Shown here piece after piece: positions 18,752 through 26,783 of a DNA stretch of 33,127 nucleotides (positions are counted from its first letter, which is position 1; every line of letters begins with the position of its first letter). Position numbers and translations under genes: made by a program. Source of the DNA: Leptolyngbyaceae cyanobacterium (GTDB lineage: Bacteria > Cyanobacteriota > Cyanobacteriia > CAKZMO01); NCBI GenBank assembly GCA_035284985.1, contig JAYKIC010000635.1:1-33127 (forward strand), written 5' to 3'. Below the pieces are notes generated by a model. That model was not told the origin of the DNA. It saw only the letters and a program-made list of their open reading frames with translations, and made no database searches.

Positions 18752-20359
18752 ATGGGTTGCAACAGGCAGATGAATGTTCAGTCTTCTGAAATAAATAAGG
18801 AAGAAGCCCTAGAGATCCTTAAAAATTTGCTGGGAAATGAATGGAAAGATATTTATAACATAATTTTTGATGGAACTTGGGAGAACCTGATATATGAAGA
18901 CATAGCGAAGAAATATAATAGTTCTAGCAGCTATCTTGAGAATGAAGGTCCGGAATTTTTCAAGAAAGTTTCCGAGAAACTAAGAAAATGTGGTGTTGTT
19001 AGTGCGGAAAACGTAGATAGGAAGGTTAGGTTTTCCAAAAATATAGTTTCTTGCCTATGCCATTTACAGGCTATACGGGAACAGTCAAGCCAGGATAGTG
19101 TGCTGGGATGTAGAACTCAGGTTGAGCAACGAGTTGATGAGTTCTCTAGAGCGATCGCCACGAACCAGCACCAACGTAGCCAATCTGAAGCATTAAACGA
19201 CATAGGGATCTTGCTCCATGAGCCGGAGGTGGAGCAAATGTGTGGACTGGCATATCGCTTAGTGTTGATGAAGAAAGGAACCATCCGAACCCTGCCCAGT
19301 GTTCAGTTGAAGGCCGCAGAATGGGTAAGCCAGATTAGTCAGCTTGCTCTCGGCACCTCAAACTATAGTCCATTGGAACTGTTTGCGGGTTTTTTGCGGG
19401 TTGTGCTGAGGTTGCAAAATCAAGGGGAACGAGTTGTTGCCTTTGATCAGTGGGGGGAAACCCACTATCACGACACTTGGGTGACGATGACATCAGAATT
19501 AAATGATTACTATGTCCAATATTCGGAGCAGATACAGTCCGCGTTGTTGATTGTGTTGAGTGCTATCAACCAGCAATATGGTGTACGCGGATGGTTGATC
19601 TATGACATGGACAGATATCGGAAGTATCACGAATCGGCTCAACAGTTGATGGTAGAGGGGGTATCAATCGACAAAAGTTATCCTTTGGATGAAGCCTTAG
19701 CATTTGTGCCACGTTATCTGACGGAAGCGCTTAGGTGGTGTGTGGAGACCCCAGAGATTCATGTATTTGTCCCTGGACGTTTGGTGAATCATGCTTTTGA
19801 ACAATGTTCATTGCCAGAAGAACTACGATTGCTGTCAGAAATTGATGAGATTGTCGGGCATGATTATCCAGTTTTGGTGCGTATTGGCGATCGCTTGAAC
19901 AAAAATTATCGTTACTCAACCCAATGGCGCATCAAGGGAGAGGCTTATTTAGCAGAATGTAAAAATGGTAATACGTCTGGAAGCAGGCCAGTTTTTTTGA
20001 GGATGACACCCGATGCAACCCTGGATCGTCAGGCTGCCCAAAACGCGCTAGGTATAGAATTGCAGGGATTGTCTCAAACAGGTAGCACTGATAATTTCGT
20101 GTTTACATTAATGAAAAAAGGGCTACCCTTTGCGATCTGGGAGCGGGGAGCGATCGCCTCAGAAACCGCGACAGCCGAGATTGACTATCTGCTACAGCAG
20201 TGTTGTTTGCCACACCTGCCTAGAACAGTTCAGGAAGTACGGTGTGGTGCTGCTGTTCAACGAGATGGAGAACCGTATCAAATTCGGGATAGTGTGTCGT
20301 TGTTATGGGATGATCCATTTTTGGTGCCACCGAACGTATGGGAGAAGCCAGGACCATGA
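18752..20359 (+). CDS. VMAP-type (vWA-MoxR-associated) protein with an N-terminal HTH-like module
   Basis: The track ORF starts at a TTG (18743); ATGs at 18752 and 18770 are alternatives. The N-terminal segment WKDIYNIIFDGTWENLIYEDIAKKYNSSSSYLENEGPEFFKKVSEKL resembles the module found at the N-termini of cyanobacterial STAND and vWA-MoxR partner proteins. Its stop overlaps the MoxR start (ATGA). The family assignment is by recall and gene context. Confidence 0.6.
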   Translation: MGCNRQMNVQSSEINKEEALEILKNLLGNEWKDIYNIIFDGTWENLIYEDIAKKYNSSSSYLENEGPEFFKKVSEKLRKCGVVSAENVDRKVRFSKNIVSCLCHLQAIREQSSQDSVLGCRTQVEQRVDEFSRAIATNQHQRSQSEALNDIGILLHEPEVEQMCGLAYRLVLMKKGTIRTLPSVQLKAAEWVSQISQLALGTSNYSPLELFAGFLRVVLRLQNQGERVVAFDQWGETHYHDTWVTMTSELNDYYVQYSEQIQSALLIVLSAINQQYGVRGWLIYDMDRYRKYHESAQQLMVEGVSIDKSYPLDEALAFVPRYLTEALRWCVETPEIHVFVPGRLVNHAFEQCSLPEELRLLSEIDEIVGHDYPVLVRIGDRLNKNYRYSTQWRIKGEAYLAECKNGNTSGSRPVFLRMTPDATLDRQAAQNALGIELQGLSQTGSTDNFVFTLMKKGLPFAIWERGAIASETATAEIDYLLQQCCLPHLPRTVQEVRCGAAVQRDGEPYQIRDSVSLLWDDPFLVPPNVWEKPGP

Positions 20360-21441
20360 CAAATTCACAAGGTGACTGGAGAGTCTTTCATGGGGATAAT
20401 CGTGCGCCTCACGACGAGGTGACAGCGTTACCCTCTTCACCCAGTTGGCGACCGTTTGGTCGGGATATTCGTCCGGGAGTGAGTCGGAGAAAGCGGCGCG
20501 GGGAAACCTTTCAGGCCCGTGATGAAGAAATTTCAATGGTGAATGCGGCGCTGTATTTGCGGCGACCGTTGCTGATTACGGGAAAGCCCGGAACGGGAAA
20601 ATCATCCTTGGCGTATGCCGTAGCACGGGAGTTAAATCTAGGAGAAGTTTTATACTGGCCGATTACGACACGCACCACATTGCAGGATGGTTTGTACCGC
20701 TATGATGCGATTGGTCGGTTGCAGGCAGTGAAACAGCAGGAAGGTCAGCCGCCCATTCAGCCAGGGTCGGAAACGCAGAAAAGCCAGCCGCCCATTCAGC
20801 CAGAGTCGGAAACCATCGGTAAATACTTGACCCTGGGACCATTGGGAACGGCATTGTTGCCATCGGCGCGACCCCGTGTGCTGTTAGTAGACGAGATCGA
20901 TAAGAGCGACATTGATTTGCCCAATGATTTGCTGTCGATTTTTGAAGAAGGTCGGTTTGAGATTCCAGAGTTGGTGCGCTTGGAACCGGATGAAGCCTCT
21001 GATGCAGTGCCGATGTCGGTACGAGTCCGAACGGCTTATACCGATGAAGAAGAGGTGACAGCAGTGGAACGCTACACTAACATTCAAGGCGGGCGGGTCG
21101 CTTGCCAATCTTTTCCGCTGGTGATCTTAACCAGCAATGGCGAACGGGAATTTCCTCCCCCGTTTCTCCGCCGTTGCTTGCGACTGCAAATTCGGGAACC
21201 AGATAAGGACGATTTGGAACGAATTATTACGGCTCATTTGGGGGATGATGATGTGTCTATCGATGATGCGTCGGTTCAAACCTTAATTACTCGGTTTATT
21301 GAGGCACGGAAAAAAGGCGAGTTGGCCACAGATCAGTTGCTCAATGCGCTGTTTATGGTGACTCGTGGGCGGGAGTTGGTGGGGGATGATCGAGAACAAC
21401 TCATCCAACGGCTATTATCCTCTTTGGAAAGTGAGGGTTAG
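20356..21441 (+). CDS. MoxR-like AAA+ ATPase
   Basis: Walker A is LLITGKPGTGKSSLAYAVA and Walker B is VLLVDEIDKSDIDLPNDLL. LILTSNGEREFPPPFLRRC is the sensor and Arg region. I prefer the ATG at 20356 (4-nt ATGA overlap with the upstream stop) over 20338. Confidence 0.88.
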   Translation: MTNSQGDWRVFHGDNRAPHDEVTALPSSPSWRPFGRDIRPGVSRRKRRGETFQARDEEISMVNAALYLRRPLLITGKPGTGKSSLAYAVARELNLGEVLYWPITTRTTLQDGLYRYDAIGRLQAVKQQEGQPPIQPGSETQKSQPPIQPESETIGKYLTLGPLGTALLPSARPRVLLVDEIDKSDIDLPNDLLSIFEEGRFEIPELVRLEPDEASDAVPMSVRVRTAYTDEEEVTAVERYTNIQGGRVACQSFPLVILTSNGEREFPPPFLRRCLRLQIREPDKDDLERIITAHLGDDDVSIDDASVQTLITRFIEARKKGELATDQLLNALFMVTRGRELVGDDREQLIQRLLSSLESEG

Positions 21442-21444
21442 CCC

Positions 21445-24171
21445 ATGCTGGCGGATTTGCTGGCTATCTTCAAAGCCTCTGGTCTCCTGGGTGATGATGT
21501 TGGCGAGGAGGGGCAGCCTCAGACAATTCCCTTGTTGAATGACGAGGATATTTTGGATGCGTTGTGGTTGGCTTTGCAGTTGCCGTCTGGTCAGGCTGAT
21601 CTCCTGCAATCGCTGCCCACTCTGGCTCCAGAGACTGATGCTAGAAAAGTGTCTGAGGGACCAGAACCGATACCGTCTGGCTTTGATGACGCGAGTGACG
21701 TAGGATTGCCCGCCGCTAATGCATATTTAGAGTCTGGCCCAACAAAGTCTGATGGGGTCGATCCTGAATCGCTCAAGGACGAAGGCTTGCCGATCAAAGT
21801 ACAGGAGGCTCCGGCGTTGCGTGAGGCTCGTGATATTGGTCGGGCATTGCGGCCATTGCGTCGGAAGGTGCCGTCGCCCTCGCGTCAGATGATTGATGAG
21901 GCGGCGACGGTGGATCAGATTGCTCGACAAGATATTTGGGTACCCGTACTTCAACCTGCCTTGGAGCGATGGTTGGACCTAGAACTGGTGATTGAAGCAT
22001 CCCCCTTTAGTTTTATTTGGCAGTCTACCCTAAAGGACTTTCGTCACATTCTGGAGCGTCAAGGGGCGTTTCGCACCGTGCGGAGTTGGACCTTAAAACA
22101 GGGAAACGATGGTCCGCGCATCTGGCCTCGACATCAAGATTGGCAGTCTGGGTCGGGTCGGAGCTTGGATGAGCTGATCTCAGCCTCTGGGCGTAGTGTG
22201 ATTATGGTGGTGAGTGACTGTCGATCGCCCTTATGGTCAGGGGAAGTGTGGGAATCGACAGATACGGCATCGCCCCCTATGGACTGGTATGGGTGGTTAC
22301 ATCGTTTGAGTCACAAAATGCCGACAGCCGTTGTGCAGTTGTTGCCGGAGTGGTTGTGGCCGGAGAGTGCGCTTGATCTGGGCTATGGGCTGAGCGTTCA
22401 TGCTCGATCCCGTGGTGTGCCCAATTCCCGGTTGGTGATGGATGATGTGCCCCTTTGGGAGCGGGTTGAGGCTCCCCATGCCTTGTTACTCCCGGTGATG
22501 CCGTTGTTGGCCTCGGCGTTAAAACAGTGGGCACAGGTGATTGCCGGACGGAGTGACTATCAAGCCTCGGCCCGGTTATTTGATCGTGCCTGGGTGGGCG
22601 ATCCTCATCGGCCTCGGCGGTCGGGGTCTCGCTTTGGAGTGGAAGCGTCGGCAGCAGAACGGGTGGAGTACTTTTTTGCGACGGCTTCTCCCTTGGCCCA
22701 ACGATTAGCGATGATGATGGCGGTGGTTCCGGTGGACTTGTCTGTGGTGCATTTGATTCAAGAGACTCTGTTGCCAGAATCTAATTATGTCCATGTGGCC
22801 GAGGTTTACAGTAGTGGGCTGTTGGCTTCAATGGCTTCGTCTGATAGACCTGTCCGAAAATTGGGGTGGAGTACCGCAGCGGGTACTCCACCCCAATTTT
22901 CGGACGACTCTGATGGGGATCGGGATGGGGGAGAGGATGGGAGGCATTATGCTTTTGTGCCCGGAGTGAGAGAGATATTAAATCAGTTAACCTCCGTGGA
23001 GGATGCGAAGGCGGTATTACATGAGTTATCCCAGGCCATTGCTGCTCGTTTGGGTTTGCCCCCGATCAAGCATTTTTCCGCGTTGTTGTTGCCTCAAAAG
23101 GAGTGGGACCAAGCTCAACAGGATGCCATTCTACCGTTTGCTCGGATTACGACTGGAGTGTTGTACCAGTTGGGGGGGGATTTTGCGGCATTAGCAGATG
23201 TGGTAGTAGAAGGGGTGAATGAGTGGGTGATGGACTCTGATCTGTTTGCAAGATTTCCACCGTTGCAACCTTTGGAGTTTGACACGGTTCAGCTACAGAT
23301 CCAAATCCCCACTACAGATATTGGTGCGGCTACACCAGCGGTTCAAACGATTGACTTTGAATATGTCACCTTGGAGCAGCAGCAACAGCGTTGGGTTGCT
23401 GTGCGTCATCCCGCTCAAGCCCGACGGTACGTGGAACCCCTGACCAATAATGTGGGTTTAGAGATGGTGTTGATTCCGGCTGGTACCTTCATCATGGGTG
23501 AAGGAAGTCAGGAGCATGAAGTGTCCGTGTCAGCGTTTTACATGGGCAAATACACGATTACCCAATCTCAATGGAAAGTGGTAGCAGCAATGGATGCGGT
23601 GAATCAAAAGTTGGACGCTGATCCCTCCCGCTTCAAAGGCGATAATTTACCCGTAGAGAGCGTGTCTTGGAATGATGCCGTAGAATTCTGCCAGCGGTTG
23701 TCTCGCTATACGGAGCACGAATATCGTCTCCCTAGTGAAGCCGAATGGGAATATGCCTGTCGAGCCGGAACCACGACGGCCTTTCATTTTGGTGAAACGG
23801 TTACAACGGATGTGGCTAACTACAATGGCAATTACACCTATAACAATGGACCTAAAGGTAGATATCGAGAAAAGACGATCGCTGTCGGTAGCTTAAATGC
23901 TCCTAATGCATTTGGGTTGCACGATATGCACGGAAACGTGTGGGAGTGGTGTGAGGATGACGATCATGCTAGTTATGCCAATCCCCCAACCGATGGCAGT
24001 GCTTGGGTCGATACTCCTCGTGGAAGCTCCCGTATCCTACGCGGCGGGTCTTGGGGCTTCGATCCTGATTATTGTCGTTCCGCGTATCGTGACGATCGAA
24101 CTCCCGGCAATCGCAACCTCAACATTGGTTTTCGTGTTGTTGTCTCCGCCCCAGGACTCAGTAGCTCTTAG
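21445..24171 (+). CDS. Multidomain protein: N-terminal helical module, vWA-like domain and C-terminal FGE-sulfatase (FGS, C-type-lectin fold) domain
   Basis: 908 aa, starting 3 nt after the MoxR stop. The vWA-like strands WLDLELVIEASPFSFIW (MIDAS Asp replaced by Glu) and SVIMVVSDCRSPLW are present. The C-terminal domain shows MVLIPAGTFIMG ... RLPSEAEWEYACRAG ... LHDMHGNVWEWC ... LRGGSW ... CRSAYR ... IGFRVV, the FGE-sulfatase signature. Confidence 0.85.
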   Translation: MLADLLAIFKASGLLGDDVGEEGQPQTIPLLNDEDILDALWLALQLPSGQADLLQSLPTLAPETDARKVSEGPEPIPSGFDDASDVGLPAANAYLESGPTKSDGVDPESLKDEGLPIKVQEAPALREARDIGRALRPLRRKVPSPSRQMIDEAATVDQIARQDIWVPVLQPALERWLDLELVIEASPFSFIWQSTLKDFRHILERQGAFRTVRSWTLKQGNDGPRIWPRHQDWQSGSGRSLDELISASGRSVIMVVSDCRSPLWSGEVWESTDTASPPMDWYGWLHRLSHKMPTAVVQLLPEWLWPESALDLGYGLSVHARSRGVPNSRLVMDDVPLWERVEAPHALLLPVMPLLASALKQWAQVIAGRSDYQASARLFDRAWVGDPHRPRRSGSRFGVEASAAERVEYFFATASPLAQRLAMMMAVVPVDLSVVHLIQETLLPESNYVHVAEVYSSGLLASMASSDRPVRKLGWSTAAGTPPQFSDDSDGDRDGGEDGRHYAFVPGVREILNQLTSVEDAKAVLHELSQAIAARLGLPPIKHFSALLLPQKEWDQAQQDAILPFARITTGVLYQLGGDFAALADVVVEGVNEWVMDSDLFARFPPLQPLEFDTVQLQIQIPTTDIGAATPAVQTIDFEYVTLEQQQQRWVAVRHPAQARRYVEPLTNNVGLEMVLIPAGTFIMGEGSQEHEVSVSAFYMGKYTITQSQWKVVAAMDAVNQKLDADPSRFKGDNLPVESVSWNDAVEFCQRLSRYTEHEYRLPSEAEWEYACRAGTTTAFHFGETVTTDVANYNGNYTYNNGPKGRYREKTIAVGSLNAPNAFGLHDMHGNVWEWCEDDDHASYANPPTDGSAWVDTPRGSSRILRGGSWGFDPDYCRSAYRDDRTPGNRNLNIGFRVVVSAPGLSSS

Positions 24172-24211
24172 TACTCTTGTTCTCTTTCTTTCCGTCTATC
24201 TGCCTCTTGTC

Positions 24212-24282
24212 CCCCTCCTCGGAGGGGTTAGGGGTGGGTCACAATCGTCCCCCCACCGCTCGTGTGTCCCCCCTGCTTTTGG
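24212..24282. repeat. 71-bp direct repeat, left copy, flanking the DUF559 gene
   Basis: It matches 24783-24853 at 70 of 71 positions (a single A/C difference) and contains the CCCCTCC-TCG-GAGGGG hairpin. Confidence 0.9.
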
Positions 24283-24317
24283 GAACACTAGAGCAGCACC
24301 TATTCACTCTTTTTTCT

Positions 24318-24740
24318 ATGCCTTATCCCATCATTCCCTACAATCCAAAGCTGAAAGAACGTGCCCGACAACTGCGTAAAAACATGACCGCAGGGGAGCG
24401 AAAACTATGGCAACATCTCAAGGGCAAGCAAATGATGGGCTATGATTTCGATCGCCAACGCCCCATTGACCAATTTATTGTGGATTTCTATTGCAAATCT
24501 CTCATGCTGGCGATCGAGATTGATGGTTCCTCCCATGATAGTGCTGAAGCTCAAGAGCGCGATCGTATCCGTCAATCCCGAATTGAGTCTTTTGGTGTAC
24601 AGTTTTTAAGATTCCAAGATCGGGAGGTGCTCCATCAAACGGATCAGGTGCTCACGGCGATTCAGCAATGGATTGAGTCTCGATGTTCAAAGGTGGAGCA
24701 GAACCCACCCCCTGCCCCTCCCCAGAGGGGTGTTGATTGA
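24318..24740 (+). CDS. DUF559 (Vsr-like endonuclease fold) domain protein
   Basis: MPYPIIPYNPKLKERARQLRKNMTAGERKLWQHLKGKQMMGYDFDRQRPIDQFIVDFYC ... LAIEIDGSSHD ... RDRIRQSRIESFGVQFLRF is a classic DUF559 sequence. I chose the ATG at 24318 because the upstream part of the track ORF lies in repeat DNA. The C-terminal tail reads into a repeat unit. Confidence 0.85.
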   Translation: MPYPIIPYNPKLKERARQLRKNMTAGERKLWQHLKGKQMMGYDFDRQRPIDQFIVDFYCKSLMLAIEIDGSSHDSAEAQERDRIRQSRIESFGVQFLRFQDREVLHQTDQVLTAIQQWIESRCSKVEQNPPPAPPQRGVD

Positions 24741-25035
24741 TTTGTAGGTGTTGGAAGTTGTGTGTATGGTCAGTCTCCGGTTCCCCTCCTCGGAGGGGTT
24801 AGGGGTGGGTCACAATCGTCCCCCCCCCGCTCGTGTGTCCCCCCTGCTTTTGGTGTGGCATTTGACCCACCCCCTGCCCCTCCAAGGAGGGGTGTTGGTT
24901 GATTTGTGGGTGTTGGAAGTTGTGTGTATGGTCAGTCTCCGGTTCCCCTCCTTGGAGGGGCTAGGGGTGGGTCATCTTTCGTGTGTTGAGCAAGCAGAAC
25001 CCACCCCCTGCCCCTCCCCAGAGGGGTGTTTTGGT
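24700..25035. repeat. Tandem array of about 130-165-bp composite repeat units (includes the right 71-bp direct repeat at 24783-24853)
   Basis: ACCCACCCCCTGCCCCTCC..GAGGGGTGTTG.TTGATTTGT.GGTGTTGGAAGTTGTGTGTATGGTCAGTCTCCGGTTCCCCTCCT.GGAGGGG.TAGGGGTGGGTCA starts at 24703 and 24866, and partially again at 24999. Confidence 0.85.
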
Positions 25036-25104
25036 CAACCCCGAAAACTTTCCGTATTTTTCTGAGATAGGGGAGGTGATGTTTTACCGTAAATGATGGG
25101 ATAG

Positions 25105-25269
25105 GCAGATAAACGCGGCGGGTCTTGGAACAACAATCCTGATAATTGTCGTTCCGCGTATCGTAACAATCAAACTCCCGACAATCGCAACAACAACATT
25201 GGTTTTCGTGTTGTTGTCTCCGCCCCTTCGCGTCAGCGTCTCCGGCAGGAGAAACACTCTTCCGTTTAA
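25105..25269 (+). pseudogene. Orphan 3' fragment of an FGE-sulfatase (FGS) domain gene
   Basis: A frame opening just after a TAG at 25102-25104 reads [39 protein letters not shown]. That is the last approximately 39 codons of the FGS domain as found at the ends of 21445-24171 and 25501-26316. It has no start codon and no upstream domain. Confidence 0.8.
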
Positions 25270-25500
25270 GGTGAAGAGCCTTTGGCCAGAACTGGCAGGT
25301 GGGAATCTGTCAGGCGTGCAAGTGAAGAGTCCAGCCCTATTCCAGTGATGACATGACTTTACCCACCTCTGACTCCTCCCAGGAGGAGAATAAGTGGGGA
25401 GAGGATGTGTGATCCAAATATCAACCGGAGCCAGGGGTCTTGGTAGGATTATCCGAAGAGTTGTCTGGCTCCACCCCTTATTTAAGCGAACGCACCCCTC

Positions 25501-26316
25501 ATGGCTGAACTCACGCTGGTTCCCGAACGGAAACGGACTCAATACTATGTGGAAGACCTGGGCGGAGGCATCACGATGGATATGGTGTTGATTCCGGCTG
25601 GGACGTTTATGATGGGGTCTCCAGAGGATGAGCGAGACCAATCCGATGAAGGTCCACAGCATGAAGTTACTCTCCCGCAATTCTTTATGGGCCGCTACCC
25701 CGTGACGCAGGCCCAATGGAAACAGGTTGCTGGGATGCCAGAGGTGAATCAACGCTTAGAGGCTGATCCCTCTGAGTTTAAGGGTGATACCCATCCGGTT
25801 GAGCGAGTCAGTTGGCATGATGCAGTGGAGTTTTGTGCCCGTCTCTACCAGCATACGAATCGAAACTATCGTTTGCCGAGTGAGGCTGAGTGGGAATATG
25901 CCTGCCGAGCTGGAACCGAAACCCCATTTTATTTTGGTCCGACCATCTCTACTGACTTAGCCAATTACGATGGTGACTACACGTATGGGGATGGCCCCAA
26001 AGGTGAATATCGAAAGCGAACCACCCCTGTAGACCATTTTCGCTATGCCAATGCCTTTGGCTTGCATGATATGCATGGCAACGTCTGGGAGTGGTGTGCG
26101 GATCACTGGCATTCAAATTATGAAGAGGCACCGACAGATGGAAGTGCCTGGATCGAAGGCAGAGACAGCGATCGGACAGTTATACGCGGCGGGTCTTGGC
26201 TCTTCAATCCGGCTGCTTGTCGTTCCGCGTATCGTAACGATCGTATTCCCGCCCATCGCTACTACGACATCGGTTTCCGTGTTGTTGTCTCCGCCCCAGG
26301 ACTCCGTAGCCCTTAG
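25501..26316 (+). CDS. Stand-alone FGE-sulfatase (FGS) domain protein
   Basis: 271 aa. MVLIPAGTFMMGSPEDE ... RLPSEAEWEYACRAG ... LHDMHGNVWEWC ... IRGGSW ... CRSAYRNDR ... [12 protein letters not shown]. It aligns along its whole length (many identical blocks, roughly two thirds by eye) with the C-terminal domain of the 908-aa protein. Confidence 0.88.
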   Translation: MAELTLVPERKRTQYYVEDLGGGITMDMVLIPAGTFMMGSPEDERDQSDEGPQHEVTLPQFFMGRYPVTQAQWKQVAGMPEVNQRLEADPSEFKGDTHPVERVSWHDAVEFCARLYQHTNRNYRLPSEAEWEYACRAGTETPFYFGPTISTDLANYDGDYTYGDGPKGEYRKRTTPVDHFRYANAFGLHDMHGNVWEWCADHWHSNYEEAPTDGSAWIEGRDSDRTVIRGGSWLFNPAACRSAYRNDRIPAHRYYDIGFRVVVSAPGLRSP

Positions 26317-26384
26317 TACTCTTGTTCTTTTTCTTTCCGCCTTCCGCCTCTTTATTATTTTTCTGTAGAAATTTAGAGTTGGGG

Positions 26385-26660
26385 GTTGGGGATTGTGACC
26401 CACCCCTAGCCCCTCCCAGGAGGGGAAGTGGGAGTGGGGAAGTGGGGAGTGGGGATTGTGACCCACCCCTAGCCCTCCTTGTATGTGTTTAGCGTCAACA
26501 TTAGTAACACACCCCCGACCCCTCTCAAGAGGGGAGCTAGCAGTTGATAAATACCTCAAACTAGAATTTATCCCCCTCCTGGGAGGGGAAATGGGAGTGG
26601 GGAAGTGGGGATTGTGACCCACCCCTAGCCCCTCCCAGGAGGGGAAGTGGGAGGGGCTAG
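26385..26660. repeat. Composite repeat cluster: 46-bp direct repeats bracketing an inverted MITE-like copy 3
   Basis: GGGGATTGTGACCCACCCCTAGCCCCTCCCAGGAGGGGAAGTGGGAG occurs at 26388-26433 and 26607-26652, with a truncated copy at 26449-26478. Positions 26481-26596 are the reverse complement of 18080-18182. GGGGA(A)GT heptamer runs are also present. Confidence 0.85.
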
Positions 26661-26783
26661 GGGCGCGATCGCCCCTCTGCCTTAGCGATTATCCCCCCGA
26701 AAAGATAGGTCAGTGTGGGGGAAAGAAGAGGGCGATCGCCTTTTCCTTACACGATTTTAGGGGGCGATCGCCATCACAAACCC

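Noticed and set aside
24748-25065. 105-aa plus-strand ORF with an internally duplicated sequence
   Set aside because: It lies entirely within the tandem composite repeats, and its duplicated peptide simply mirrors the DNA repeat.
25084-25752. 222-aa minus-strand ORF
   Set aside because: It runs antisense to the FGS fragment and to the 5' part of the stand-alone FGS gene. It has no motifs, whereas the plus-strand frames carry unmistakable FGE-sulfatase signatures.
26113-26622. 169-aa minus-strand ORF, plus the plus-strand ORFs 23897-24379 and 26045-26368
   Set aside because: They are off-frame or antisense readings of the FGS 3' ends and the repeat cluster. The two plus-strand ORFs give similar peptides only because the underlying DNA is duplicated.
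24200-26660. Possible CRISPR array, suggested by many short GC-rich palindromic repeats
   Set aside because: The repeats are heterogeneous, irregularly spaced and partly nested. There are no unique spacers of constant length and no cas genes. They fit dispersed cyanobacterial hairpin or MITE families instead.
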